Origin: Thermoplasmata archaeon
GTDB lineage: Archaea; Thermoplasmatota; Thermoplasmata; GCA-020350865
Direction: 5' to 3'
Length of the DNA: 64,000 nt
Assembly: GCA_020348445.1 (NCBI GenBank)
Contig: CP070751.1
Span: 4,876,506-4,940,505, forward strand
In this document: in pieces, positions 40,901-49,424 of the stretch
How the letters are laid out: every line of letters starts with the position of its first letter
How positions within the stretch are numbered: position 1 is the first letter of the stretch
Position numbers and translations under genes: made by a program
The notes under the pieces: generated by a model
The model's database searches: none
Seen by the model: only the letters and a program-made list of their open reading frames with translations
Told to the model about the DNA's origin: nothing

Positions 40901-43900
40901 GCATATCCGTTGTTTGGGAAGAGGATGTTGTTAGTGATGGTGTTACCACTGGAAGATTCGAGAGATATTCCCTCATCATTGTTTGAGACATTGTTACCTT
41001 TGATGTTGTTATTTAATGATGAGTCAAGATAGATACCCCAATGGTTGCTTGAAGCTATGTTATCAGTGATCTTATTCCTACTTGAAGAATATAGAACGAT
41101 ACCATGACCATCATTCAATGAGATGTTATTGTTGAATATCCAACAGTTCTGAACATTATCAAGTTTTATCCCTGCATACGGCCACCAACCACCTCCGGTG
41201 ATCGTAAAATCCGTGATATTTACCCAATCAGCAGTAATTTCAATAACATCGCTAATCCCTCTACCATCTAAAATCGTAGTGTTCTTATCCTCACCCATTA
41301 GGGTGACTGTAACATCCACAACAACACTTTCGTAGTAAGTCCCATTTCTCACGAAAATCGTATTCCCTGAGTCGGCATCGTCAATAGCCTCTTGGATCGT
41401 ATCATAGTAGGTCCCTTTATCAATATTATGAACCGGCTTGAGAGGAGGTATAATAATATAAGGGCTCATAAGTGGATAGTAATCAATTGTGTCGGAATCG
41501 ATTCCGTACTCAGTATCACCGATTCCGTCGCTGCCTGGCTCGTCTTGATTCGGTCCCGAGCGCTCGTCTGAGCCAGTGTAATCACTCCAAAAGTTGCCGC
41601 CAGAAGGATACCCGTTATCCCAAAAATTAACATCATTATCAAAACCTTGAAGTGTATTGTCGATTAGGTTGTTGTGGAAAATGTAGTTGTTCGAGGAAGA
41701 GATAAAATAGATACCATAAATATTATTGGAAGCATTGTTTACAGTTATATTATTTTCAAAAGAATTATCGATATAAATTCCCCATCTGCCACCTGAGATG
41801 TTGTTGCCTGTTATGTTAATATTCGAACAAAAGCCAACTGCGATACCAACAGTTCCGTTATGCAATTCTTGGTTCTCTACGCTAACGTTGGTGCAATTCG
41901 CAAGTATCACCTCCCCCGCTCCATCTGGGACTACCCCCTCGGTTTGATTCTTCCAGTAGTAAATTGATTTTCCATTTACCGTGTTCGTTGTATCTATATA
42001 ATGGGTATTCCAAAATTCTATATAATCCCCGCAAATATGTATCCCGTTATGGATCAATGTATTGGAAGCGAGTGTATTATGGAGCGAGGATCCGAAGTAG
42101 ATGCCAAAATCTGAGTTATACAGGATGGAATTATCAATCATGTTGTTGTTGTTGCCACCCCAACATCCAAATCCAAATCGATTATGGCAAACGTAATTGT
42201 CAATAAAAGTATTGTTTTCACAATCTAGACAAAGATGGATACCTTCAATGCTATTTAAGATCGTATTTTCCATTATAATATTCCAGCAGGAATTTTCTAA
42301 ATGCATACCCCAATCATCGTTAGAAAAGAAGTTGTTATCAGAAATGTTGTTCCAGCTGGAATGGGGCATAAAGATGCCCCCACCATTTGCCGAGATGTTA
42401 TTTCCTATGATGCTGTTATTAAAAGATGTGTCGAGCAATATTCCAAGCCCATAGTTCGAAGATATGTTATTAATAAGAATAGTGTTCCAATTAGTATCCT
42501 GATCTAGATAGATGCCGCATGTATTGTCCTGGAGATTGTTTTCGGAAATTGAGGTGTAATTGGATTCTATCTTTACTCCGGCATTATTTCCAGATGTTCC
42601 GCTATTGTTAATTGTAAAACCAGTGATGTTCGCCCAATCTGCGGTAATTCTAACAACATCTCCATTTCCCCCACCGTCGATTATGGTGGTGTTCATATCT
42701 TCCCCCATCAAGTTTATGGTCTTGTTTACGATCACGTTCTCAAGATATATTCCACTACTTACCAAAATCGTATTTCCAGGATCAGCGTCATCGATTGCTT
42801 CTTGGATTGTATCGTAGTAGGTATCCTTTTCGATATTGTAGACAGGTCCGAAAAGAGTTCCATTCCCAAAAGGTTCCATAAGTGGATAATTATCCTGGGA
42901 ATCTACATCGATGACATAAGGTGTATCACCAATACCATCGCTGCCTAGTTGATCTTGGTTGGGACCAGATAGATTATCATAACCTGTGTAGTCACTCCAG
43001 TAATTGCCACCCAAGGGATATCCATTATCCCAATAATTGATATTTCCATCAATGGCTTGATCTGAATTATTTTTAATATTGTTGTGATATATTCGAGCGC
43101 CAGTGCTATCTGCTTCTATATTTATACCGCTACCAGTGTTTGAGAAAATCTCGTTTCCTATGATATTTACTTCATCTAAATAATCAAGGTAGATCCCATG
43201 AAGATTATTATAAACCATGTTAAATGTAATGTTATTTAAACCAGGTCCATAAAGGAAGATACCATATCTATTATTATAGGCTGTATTACCCGTTACGTTG
43301 TTGTCTTCAGAATTACTAATATAGATACCACTTTCGGAATTTGAAGTTGTGGTATTGGAAATCCTGTTATGATTAGCTGAATATAAAGCAATGGCATTTC
43401 TATATCGACATGAAGCTGAACCACCGCTGATAGTATTCCAATCAGAATATTCCATGCGGATTGCACTGGAATCCACTGAAGTGACTGCGTTTTCAGCCAA
43501 GTAATTATTTGAAGAGAAACCAAGTAAAATGCCATGAGGGCAATCATGGATTTGCTGGTTCTCTACCCTAATATTATCACAGTTGGCGAGAATAACTTGT
43601 CCTGCATCTGAGGGGATAGATCCTCCTGATTGATTTTTCCAATAATATACAGGTTTGTCATTTACTTTATTTGAGGTATCTATTATGTGTGTATTCCAGT
43701 GTTCTAATGATCCACCGGCGATAGATATTCCTTCCCCTGTCATGGAATTACCAAAAAGGTAGTTCGAAGTTGATTCTGCAAGAACAATAGTATTTTCATT
43801 ATTTATACCGGTGTTGTTGGTGATGTTATTCCAACTGGATGAAATCAGATAGATACCGTCCCACAGGTTCGAAGTGACGGTATTTCCTGTGATATTATTT

Positions 43901-44709
43901 CCATTAGAAGATTCAAGAGCAATACCAAGCATACTACTCGAAACCGAATTTACAGAAATGTTATTTCCATTGGAAGACTCAAGATTGATACCGATAAAGA
44001 GGTTCGAATCCAAAGTGTTATCATCAACAGTGTTTCCTTCTGATGAAATAAGCATAATACCATTTGAACCGCCGAAAATGCTATTACCTGAGATAAGATT
44101 CCTAATTGAAGAATCCAAAATAATTCCATCCCCCCCATTTAAAATGACCACATTATTTAATAAATGATTATCATTTGAAGAATCTAGATAAATACCATTA
44201 CTATTATCATCTATAGTGTTGTGTGAAATGTTATTATATGATGCCGACCATAAATAGATACCACTTTCGCTATTTGAGGTAATATTATTGTGGGTAATCA
44301 AACAGTTCTGAACATTGTTTAGTTCCATCCCTGCATCTGTGGAAACTGTTCCGCTCCCAGTAACTGTAAATCCGGTGATATTCGACCAACTTGCACTTAC
44401 AAAAACAACATCTCCAACCCCACCTCCATCTATAATCGTTGTATCCCTACATTCTCCGGTAATGTTCAAGGTTTTGTATACTAATAAATTCTCATAGTAG
44501 GTTCCATTATAAACATAGATCGTATCTCCATCTTCAGCTACATTAATAGCTACCTGAATACTCGTATACGCCCCACCGCTGCCAGTTTCATTTACATAAT
44601 GTGTGGTCCCAGTTACACTAGATGTAATATCAATAACAATATCCAATACATAGACCAAGCTGAATATCATTATCATGCTCAACCAGAATGCAATTACCTT
44701 CCTGCCCAT
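37939..44709 (-). CDS. Membrane-anchored protein with three NosD beta-helix modules, four Ig-like repeats, a Big_5-like domain, a TM helix and two zinc ribbons
   Basis: Three IQxAIxxAxxGxTI..GNYWSDYTG..DxYPLM modules; Ig-like units; FSEPMD; TM helix; CPGC..CPFC and CPQC..CPSC. Confidence 0.88.
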   Translation of the reverse strand: MGRKVIAFWLSMIMIFSLVYVLDIVIDITSSVTGTTHYVNETGSGGAYTSIQVAINVAEDGDTIYVYNGTYYENLLVYKTLNITGECRDTTIIDGGGVGDVVFVSASWSNITGFTVTGSGTVSTDAGMELNNVQNCLITHNNITSNSESGIYLWSASYNNISHNTIDDNSNGIYLDSSNDNHLLNNVVILNGGDGIILDSSIRNLISGNSIFGGSNGIMLISSEGNTVDDNTLDSNLFIGINLESSNGNNISVNSVSSSMLGIALESSNGNNITGNTVTSNLWDGIYLISSSWNNITNNTGINNENTIVLAESTSNYLFGNSMTGEGISIAGGSLEHWNTHIIDTSNKVNDKPVYYWKNQSGGSIPSDAGQVILANCDNIRVENQQIHDCPHGILLGFSSNNYLAENAVTSVDSSAIRMEYSDWNTISGGSASCRYRNAIALYSANHNRISNTTTSNSESGIYISNSEDNNVTGNTAYNNRYGIFLYGPGLNNITFNMVYNNLHGIYLDYLDEVNIIGNEIFSNTGSGINIEADSTGARIYHNNIKNNSDQAIDGNINYWDNGYPLGGNYWSDYTGYDNLSGPNQDQLGSDGIGDTPYVIDVDSQDNYPLMEPFGNGTLFGPVYNIEKDTYYDTIQEAIDDADPGNTILVSSGIYLENVIVNKTINLMGEDMNTTIIDGGGNGDVVRITADWANITGFTINNSGTSGNNAGVKIESNYTSISENNLQDNTCGIYLDQDTNWNTILINNISSNYGLGILLDTSFNNSIIGNNISANGGGIFMPHSSWNNISDNNFFSNDDWGMHLENSCWNIIMENTILNSIEGIHLCLDCENNTFIDNYVCHNRFGFGCWGGNNNNMIDNSILYNSDFGIYFGSSLHNTLASNTLIHNGIHICGDYIEFWNTHYIDTTNTVNGKSIYYWKNQTEGVVPDGAGEVILANCTNVSVENQELHNGTVGIAVGFCSNINITGNNISGGRWGIYIDNSFENNITVNNASNNIYGIYFISSSNNYIFHNNLIDNTLQGFDNDVNFWDNGYPSGGNFWSDYTGSDERSGPNQDEPGSDGIGDTEYGIDSDTIDYYPLMSPYIIIPPLKPVHNIDKGTYYDTIQEAIDDADSGNTIFVRNGTYYESVVVDVTVTLMGEDKNTTILDGRGISDVIEITADWVNITDFTITGGGWWPYAGIKLDNVQNCWIFNNNISLNDGHGIVLYSSSRNKITDNIASSNHWGIYLDSSLNNNIKGNNVSNNDEGISLESSSGNTITNNILFPNNGYAFDLCLSSNNNITGNNISHNDNGIILFRSNQNSLNGNIFISNDRYGIYLYDSSSNRLTSNQMIENGILITGDLLEYWNTHIIDTFNTVSGKPVYYWKNQTGGIIPSGAGQVILANCFNIIVENQELTYGAVGIELGFSSHNTIIDNDASSNNHYGIYLEYSNYNNITGNIVSLNNGNGIHLYYSNGNNIAANTVYSNGLYGIRLWESDLNNVTDNIAFENNLYGISVYSSDDNFIFDNNAFNNLFGIRLQESDGNNVSNNIATDNYYGIYLCLGSDNNDITTNNLADNNYGIYIWFLSNNNMIFRNNISSNSIYGILLEDCSNNRIYHNNIISNNHQAFDNRSDNYWDNGYPSGGNYWSDYTGADDFSGPGQNEEGGDGIGDSPYIIDSDTQDNYPLMEPWAPDNTPPILQLDSPSNNSIIKPGIIIDLSILDPHLYKVTYSLNGGSHQRITSPFEIETMEWEDDNYIVEVYAIDTHNNVNTKWYNFTIDSISPTVVLNSPDDGSIIKAGIPIEFSIQDIHLKQVICSINGVNEIISSPYDLNTNSWDDRSYVISINASDHAGNYNFLWFNFVIDSTSPKITLNSPDNNSFIAIEAEIDFTISDANLKKVSYTKNSGPAYTFSEPYIIDTSDWQDGEYNIKIYADDLAGNFNEKWFIFTKDTTLPSIVLNNPDNESLLFEVQTIDFDVYDENLESVYYSINQGALRIFEAPYDLDASDWEDGEYIIEIRAGDAAGWTIERWFFFKFDISPPSIASASIDEGATDVSIKTEIVIEFSEPMDTKSVESAISMDPYVDYTCSWTEDNKTLILNFSEPLEYETQYKISIGTGAKDMADRRLDDKFEFGFTTQKKPKEKEEEGVPIMYFFLTLLIAIIVVVIIVVLVIAKKKPSKEKAEPGIEIPAAIQIKCPGCNNILQFDDLGTTMNIKCPFCSMVMKVESQKSLEEQPQPQLPTMQIACPQCRHGFSVIKTKGPMQVQCPSCGIKGTLE

Positions 44710-44764
44710 GAATGTAAGTTATTGAGATAACCAGATAAATACCTTGTGATTTACTATTAGACTT

Positions 44765-45478
44765 TTAGTCTAGTATCTCCATCAACAGCTCAGGCATATC
44801 CAGCACCCTAATCTTCGAGTCATTCCTCCCAGCAGCCTCCCTCAAGGCAAAAGTACAAAATGGACAGGCAGAAGTTAATACATCGGCACCTGTCTCCTCG
44901 GCTTCTTTTAGTCTTGTATCAGCCATCTGATCAGATAACTCGGGAAATCCCGCCCTAACTCCCCCACCTGCACCGCAGCATCTTGCATTCTGTCTGCTTC
45001 TGGCCATCTCCACGAGTGCAAGGCCAGGAATACTCTTTAAAATGTCTCTTGGGACATCGTACAAACCTGAATGCCTGCCCAAATGACATGGGTCGTGGTA
45101 TGTGACCTTCAACTTTGTTTCTGGGAATTTCAAAGAGCCTTTGTCAATGAGATCAACAAGGAGCTCCAAAACATGCTTTACCTCAAAATCCAATGAGCCA
45201 GTCATCGTTTCATAATCTTGTTTTAGAGTACGGAAACACCCGGAGCACGAGGTCACAACAACGTCAGCACCGCTTTTATTTATGGCATCCACATTATGTT
45301 CCATCATATCCTTTCCAACTTCCATGTTGCCTGTTCTTAGCATGACTGAGCCGCAGCACCATTCGTCCTCACCCAACAAGATGAACTCAACATCTGCCTT
45401 CTTTAAAAGTTCAATCGTGCTTTTAGCGATATCCTTTGCACGATACGTTGCCATGCAGCCAGGGAAGTAGAGTATCAT
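44765..45478 (-). CDS. CCG-domain Fe-S protein (GlcF/HdrB-like)
   Basis: YFPGC, EWCCGS, TSCSGC, YHDPCHLGR, RCCGAGGG, SACPFC; ATGA overlap with the upstream gene. Confidence 0.9.
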   Translation of the reverse strand: MILYFPGCMATYRAKDIAKSTIELLKKADVEFILLGEDEWCCGSVMLRTGNMEVGKDMMEHNVDAINKSGADVVVTSCSGCFRTLKQDYETMTGSLDFEVKHVLELLVDLIDKGSLKFPETKLKVTYHDPCHLGRHSGLYDVPRDILKSIPGLALVEMARSRQNARCCGAGGGVRAGFPELSDQMADTRLKEAEETGADVLTSACPFCTFALREAAGRNDSKIRVLDMPELLMEILD

Positions 45479-47319
45479 TTACTCCCCTCCTTGGCCAGAT
45501 CAGCAAGTTCTTTTCTTGCCTTGTCATCCTCTCCAAATGGATTATGATATTCCTTTATGTTATCTGCTATCTTCTTGTGACTTTCAAGCTCAAAGCCCTG
45601 CTCAACAAGATATGCCCTTATACTCTCCACAATATCAGGAACCTTGATCTGAGAGGGACAGGTAATTGTGCAGTTCATGCAGGTGGTACACTGATAGAGC
45701 TTGTCGGCAAGTTCTTTTGAGGGCTCTAACTTACCTATCATGAGATTGTAGGCAAGGATGACCTTTCCCCTGGCATTGGTAGATTCTAAGGATGTTTGAC
45801 CGAACACTGGGCAACCGATTCTGCAGAAGCCGCACTTTACGCAAACCAATATTTCATTGTCAGCGTGCTTTCCAAAACTTTTTATGATCTCTGGCTTTTC
45901 TATTAGATCCTTGTATGCAAAGAAGTCGAATATGTCGGTTTCTTTACCGTCAAGGGAAAGCTTGCCTGGATTTAGTATGTTGTTTGGATCCAAGGCCTCC
46001 TTTATTTTCCTCATTATAGAAACGGCATAACCGTGCTCCTTTTCCAAAAATGGGGCTCTTGCCCTTCCCACGCCATGTTCTGCTGTTACCGTACCATTGT
46101 ACTTCATTGGGATAGAAATCAGTTCATCGGCTACCTTCTTTACCTTACCCCATCCTTCCTCATTTCTAACATCCAAGATGAAGGTTGTGTGAAGATTTCC
46201 GTCTCCGATATGTCCAAAGGATGCGATTATAATATCGTTTTCTTTTGAAATCCTCTGGGCTTCTTTTATGGCCTCTGGAATCTTGGAAATTGGAATGCCA
46301 AAGTCCTCGGCAATGGGTATAAGTCTGAAACCTTCCATGTACCTTGAGAGGGCGGAAACAAGACCTGATCTCACCTTCCATATCTCTTGTCTTTCGTTCG
46401 GTTCATCAGACCATCTTAGATCCTTGCCATTGTGCCTCTTACAAATTTCCAGGATCTTGTGAATGTGGCGCTCCACAGCCTCCTTGTTTCCATCCACCTC
46501 CATCATGAGCATGCCTTCGATTCCCTCCAAATCAAGGTTCATGGACTCGCTTACGACCTTGATGCTGATATTATCCAGAATCTCGCATGCTGAAAGGGGT
46601 ATCCCCGAGGAAAAAATCTCGGCTATGGCAGATCCTGCATCGTCCATATTTACGAAGGAAGCCACAGAAAATGCAATGTACTCGGGCATTGGGACGATCC
46701 TGAACGTTATTTCAGTTATTATGCCCAAGGTGCCCTCGGCACTCACGAAAAGTCTTGTGAGATCGTAACCTGAGGATGTCTTTGGAGCCTTTGTTCCTGT
46801 CCTTATTGTCTTACCATCTGCAAGGACCACCTCCAGGCCGAGGACATAATCCTTTGTGGTTCCATATTTTATGGCCCTGACACCACTTGCGTTTGTTGAT
46901 ACCATACCACCGACGGTACATATTGCCGAACTCCCGGGATCAGGTGGGAAGAAATAATCTGGTGCTAGTGCTTTGTTCAAATCCTGACAAATCACACCTG
47001 GCTCCACAATAATGTATCTGTCCTCGACTCTGATCTCCTTTATGCTGTTCATTTTGCCCATATCAAGGATTATTCCGCCGAAAACAGGCAAAACAGCCCC
47101 TGTTACGCTGGTTCCGGAGCCCCTGGCTGTAACGGGAATTTTCTGTTCATGCGCCAGAGCCAGTATCTTCGACACTTCCTCAGATGAGCCGGGAAATACG
47201 ATGGCATTGGGCTTTCCCACATGAACAGACATGTCCCTTGAGTAGCATATCAGCTCTATTTCGTCGACAACGACGTTCTGCTCCCCCACTATGTCCTCAA
47301 GTTGCCTTTTATAATCCAC
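45475..47319 (-). CDS. FAD-linked 2-hydroxyacid oxidoreductase (GlcD/D-lactate dehydrogenase-like) fused to a 2x[4Fe-4S] domain
   Basis: ARGSGTS, FPPDPGS, SAEGTLGII, FGHIGDGNLH, AEHGVGR, LNPGK; then CVKCGFCRIGC and CTTCMNCTITC. Confidence 0.9.
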   Translation of the reverse strand: MDYKRQLEDIVGEQNVVVDEIELICYSRDMSVHVGKPNAIVFPGSSEEVSKILALAHEQKIPVTARGSGTSVTGAVLPVFGGIILDMGKMNSIKEIRVEDRYIIVEPGVICQDLNKALAPDYFFPPDPGSSAICTVGGMVSTNASGVRAIKYGTTKDYVLGLEVVLADGKTIRTGTKAPKTSSGYDLTRLFVSAEGTLGIITEITFRIVPMPEYIAFSVASFVNMDDAGSAIAEIFSSGIPLSACEILDNISIKVVSESMNLDLEGIEGMLMMEVDGNKEAVERHIHKILEICKRHNGKDLRWSDEPNERQEIWKVRSGLVSALSRYMEGFRLIPIAEDFGIPISKIPEAIKEAQRISKENDIIIASFGHIGDGNLHTTFILDVRNEEGWGKVKKVADELISIPMKYNGTVTAEHGVGRARAPFLEKEHGYAVSIMRKIKEALDPNNILNPGKLSLDGKETDIFDFFAYKDLIEKPEIIKSFGKHADNEILVCVKCGFCRIGCPVFGQTSLESTNARGKVILAYNLMIGKLEPSKELADKLYQCTTCMNCTITCPSQIKVPDIVESIRAYLVEQGFELESHKKIADNIKEYHNPFGEDDKARKELADLAKEGSK

Positions 47320-47544
47320 GAAATTACCCCCCTTTTTAAGGCAGAGTGTATAAGATATTCTCAGTATTTATTGTTTGGGGAATGGAAATATTCAGGCCCG
47401 GGGATAGTATATTAGGGATGGTTGGATGAACTGTGTCTATTTTATGGGTAAACACATCCAATCAATGATATGTCCCAAAATCCCCGAGATAACAGTGAGA
47501 TAAAATATATATCCTTTAAAGAATTATCATCACGCGGTGAAAAT

Positions 47545-48054
47545 ATGGAATCCCAACTTATCGGCGAAAATAAAGGCGATAATGCCCAAATTCCCCCAGA
47601 TTCAATGGAAAAGGAAAGTTATCCTAATTACCCACAACCACCAGGCCGTCCCCCCGGGGCTGTGGCTGACCTCACAAAGAGATTCAAACAAACAGACAAG
47701 GTAATGAAGCTCATTGTATTCGGTATAATCTTCATGTTCATTGGAACTATTTTCATATCCATCGTATCAATGGGTGGAGGCCCAAATCAATGGGATGAGA
47801 AGTACGATAAGAATGATGACGGAGTAATTGATGAGGACAAGAGGAACAATTACTATAAGGATTTGAGATTGTACGACACAGTCCGTGATATCGGTGTTTT
47901 AATTGGTAAAATCATCATCAATATCGGAATCCTGATTCTGGTGCTCGCCCTTTTTGGAGGGGGCCTAGTAAACGATGATCTGGATAAATATGTGCGCATT
48001 GGCATGATCATAGCAGCAGGCCTCATCATCGGTTGGTCAGGTATGATGATCTGA
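47545..48054 (+). CDS. Hypothetical membrane protein with three TM helices
   Basis: Three hydrophobic helices, a Pro-rich N-terminus and an acidic loop. Start set to ATG 47545, after the RBS GGTGA. Confidence 0.75.
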   Translation: MESQLIGENKGDNAQIPPDSMEKESYPNYPQPPGRPPGAVADLTKRFKQTDKVMKLIVFGIIFMFIGTIFISIVSMGGGPNQWDEKYDKNDDGVIDEDKRNNYYKDLRLYDTVRDIGVLIGKIIINIGILILVLALFGGGLVNDDLDKYVRIGMIIAAGLIIGWSGMMI

Positions 48055-48084
48055 TCATCTTCCCCTTATAATTCCAAGATTATT

Positions 48085-48936
48085 TCAATAACCAAGCGCC
48101 TTTGCCAATTCTTTGGCCACAGAAACAACGCTGGTTTCGTTCTCGATTGTATCTGTTGATATTACCTTGTCGCAAACCGATTTTAACCTAGGAAGTGCGT
48201 TTTTGGCAAAAAGTCCATGAGTACAGGCAGCGTAGACCTCATCTGCACCTTGGGACTTAAGCTGCTCAGTTGCTTTTACAATTGTGCCGCCAGTTGCGAT
48301 GATGTCGTCCACTATGGCCACCTTTTTTCCTGAGACCGAAACGTTCTTTGCCTTCATTTCTACAGTCTCACCGTCTATTCGGATTTTCTCGAGGTAATCC
48401 CATTTGCAGCCAGTGAACTCTGCCGCTATCTTAGCAAGTTCCAGTGCCCCCTCATCAGGGGCGATTATAATGTCAGGGGCCAAGTTTTTAAGATATGCTC
48501 CTATTTGCGGCATGCTAGAGATGTTTTTTGTTGGTTTTTCAGAGATCTCCAATACACTCTCTTCATGGATATCCACCGTAATCAAGGAGTCAGAGGAGAG
48601 CTGAATATGCTTAACCAGTGTTTTGGCGGAAATGGGCTCCCCCAAATTGAATTTCTTGTCCTGTCTTGCATACCCGAAGTAAGGAACCACTGTAATGAGG
48701 TTTTTAATATCGAATTCCCTTATCGCATCTTGAAGCAGAAACAGCTCAATTATCTTCTCATCAGGATACGATGTTTGAACAAGAACAACCTCCTCCCCAT
48801 CCAGATTTTCATGGATTCTCACATAGCATTCAAAATCAGGAAAGCGCCTTGATTCCACATTGGCCAAAGCACAGCCCGTTTCCTCGGCAAGTGTATTTGA
48901 CAAGGATTTCGAAGCAGAACCTGAAACAACTATCAT
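48085..48936 (-). CDS. prs: Ribose-phosphate diphosphokinase (archaeal type)
   Basis: RFPDFECYVRI, PYFGYARQDK, VDIH, and the PRPP-binding VDDIIATGGT. Confidence 0.96.
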   Translation of the reverse strand: MIVVSGSASKSLSNTLAEETGCALANVESRRFPDFECYVRIHENLDGEEVVLVQTSYPDEKIIELFLLQDAIREFDIKNLITVVPYFGYARQDKKFNLGEPISAKTLVKHIQLSSDSLITVDIHEESVLEISEKPTKNISSMPQIGAYLKNLAPDIIIAPDEGALELAKIAAEFTGCKWDYLEKIRIDGETVEMKAKNVSVSGKKVAIVDDIIATGGTIVKATEQLKSQGADEVYAACTHGLFAKNALPRLKSVCDKVISTDTIENETSVVSVAKELAKALGY

Positions 48937-48992
48937 CCTTACACCCACAGGGTGAATGGCGATATAGAATTTTTATACTTTCGATTGAATGT

Positions 48993-49045
48993 CAAAAACA
49001 AAAAAAAGAAAAGAAGAATGATAGAATCCGAAGGAGTCCTCATTC
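48993..49045 (-). terminator. Hairpin plus U-rich tract after the CxxC-x17-CxxC gene
   Basis: On the minus strand, GAATGA-GGAC-TCC-ttc-GGA-TTCTA-TCATTC is followed by TTCTTTTCTTTTTTTGTTTTT. Confidence 0.6.
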
Positions 49046-49053
49046 ATTCCTTA

Positions 49054-49227
49054 TTAGAACCTTCGTGGCGGCCTGCGCTTCCTATAACACTCCTGGCAAT
49101 AAACAGGTCTGGTGCCATCGGGCTTAAACGGTACCTGGGCCTCTTTTCCACAATCAGCACATGTTACCGTATGCATTTCTCTGGGAGGACGGTTATATCC
49201 GCCTCCTCCTCTTCTCTCTCTATACAT
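49054..49227 (-). CDS. CxxC-x17-CxxC zinc-ribbon microprotein (57 aa)
   Basis: MYRERRGGGGYNRPPREMHTVTCADCGKEAQVPFKPDGTRPVYCQECYRKRRPPRRF*. Exact CxxC-x17-CxxC spacing with the VPFKP...RPVYC motif. Missing from the ORF track. Confidence 0.92.
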   Translation of the reverse strand: MYRERRGGGGYNRPPREMHTVTCADCGKEAQVPFKPDGTRPVYCQECYRKRRPPRRF

Positions 49228-49424
49228 TTATATACTACCTATCTTTTCGCAAGTTCCATTTTGGAAACTTGTTGAGTAACTGAATAATCCTATACTATTT
49301 AATACTATTTGGTGAAAACTTTGAGGGCTTGTGAATTGCCATATGCTTCAAAATATACCCTGAACCACCAATACCATTATCTTAATAAACTAAAACCCTT
49401 ATTACTGCAATATCCGGTGAAGAA

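Noticed and set aside
44001-44011. GGTTCGAATCC resembling a tRNA T-loop
   Set aside because: It forms only a 2-bp stem with no cloverleaf, and lies inside a CDS.
11696-44709. NosD repeats as evidence of nitrous oxide reduction
   Set aside because: These are generic beta-helix repeats in giant surface proteins; no nosZ, nosF, nosY or nosL is present.
37939-44709. Repeats as a CRISPR array or DGR template/variable pair
   Set aside because: All repeats are in-frame protein modules with codon-position divergence; there are no spacers, no adenine-specific mismatches and no reverse transcriptase.
48952-49275. 107-aa plus-strand ORF from the track
   Set aside because: It is a shadow of the minus-strand CxxC-x17-CxxC gene and its terminator, and has no motif.
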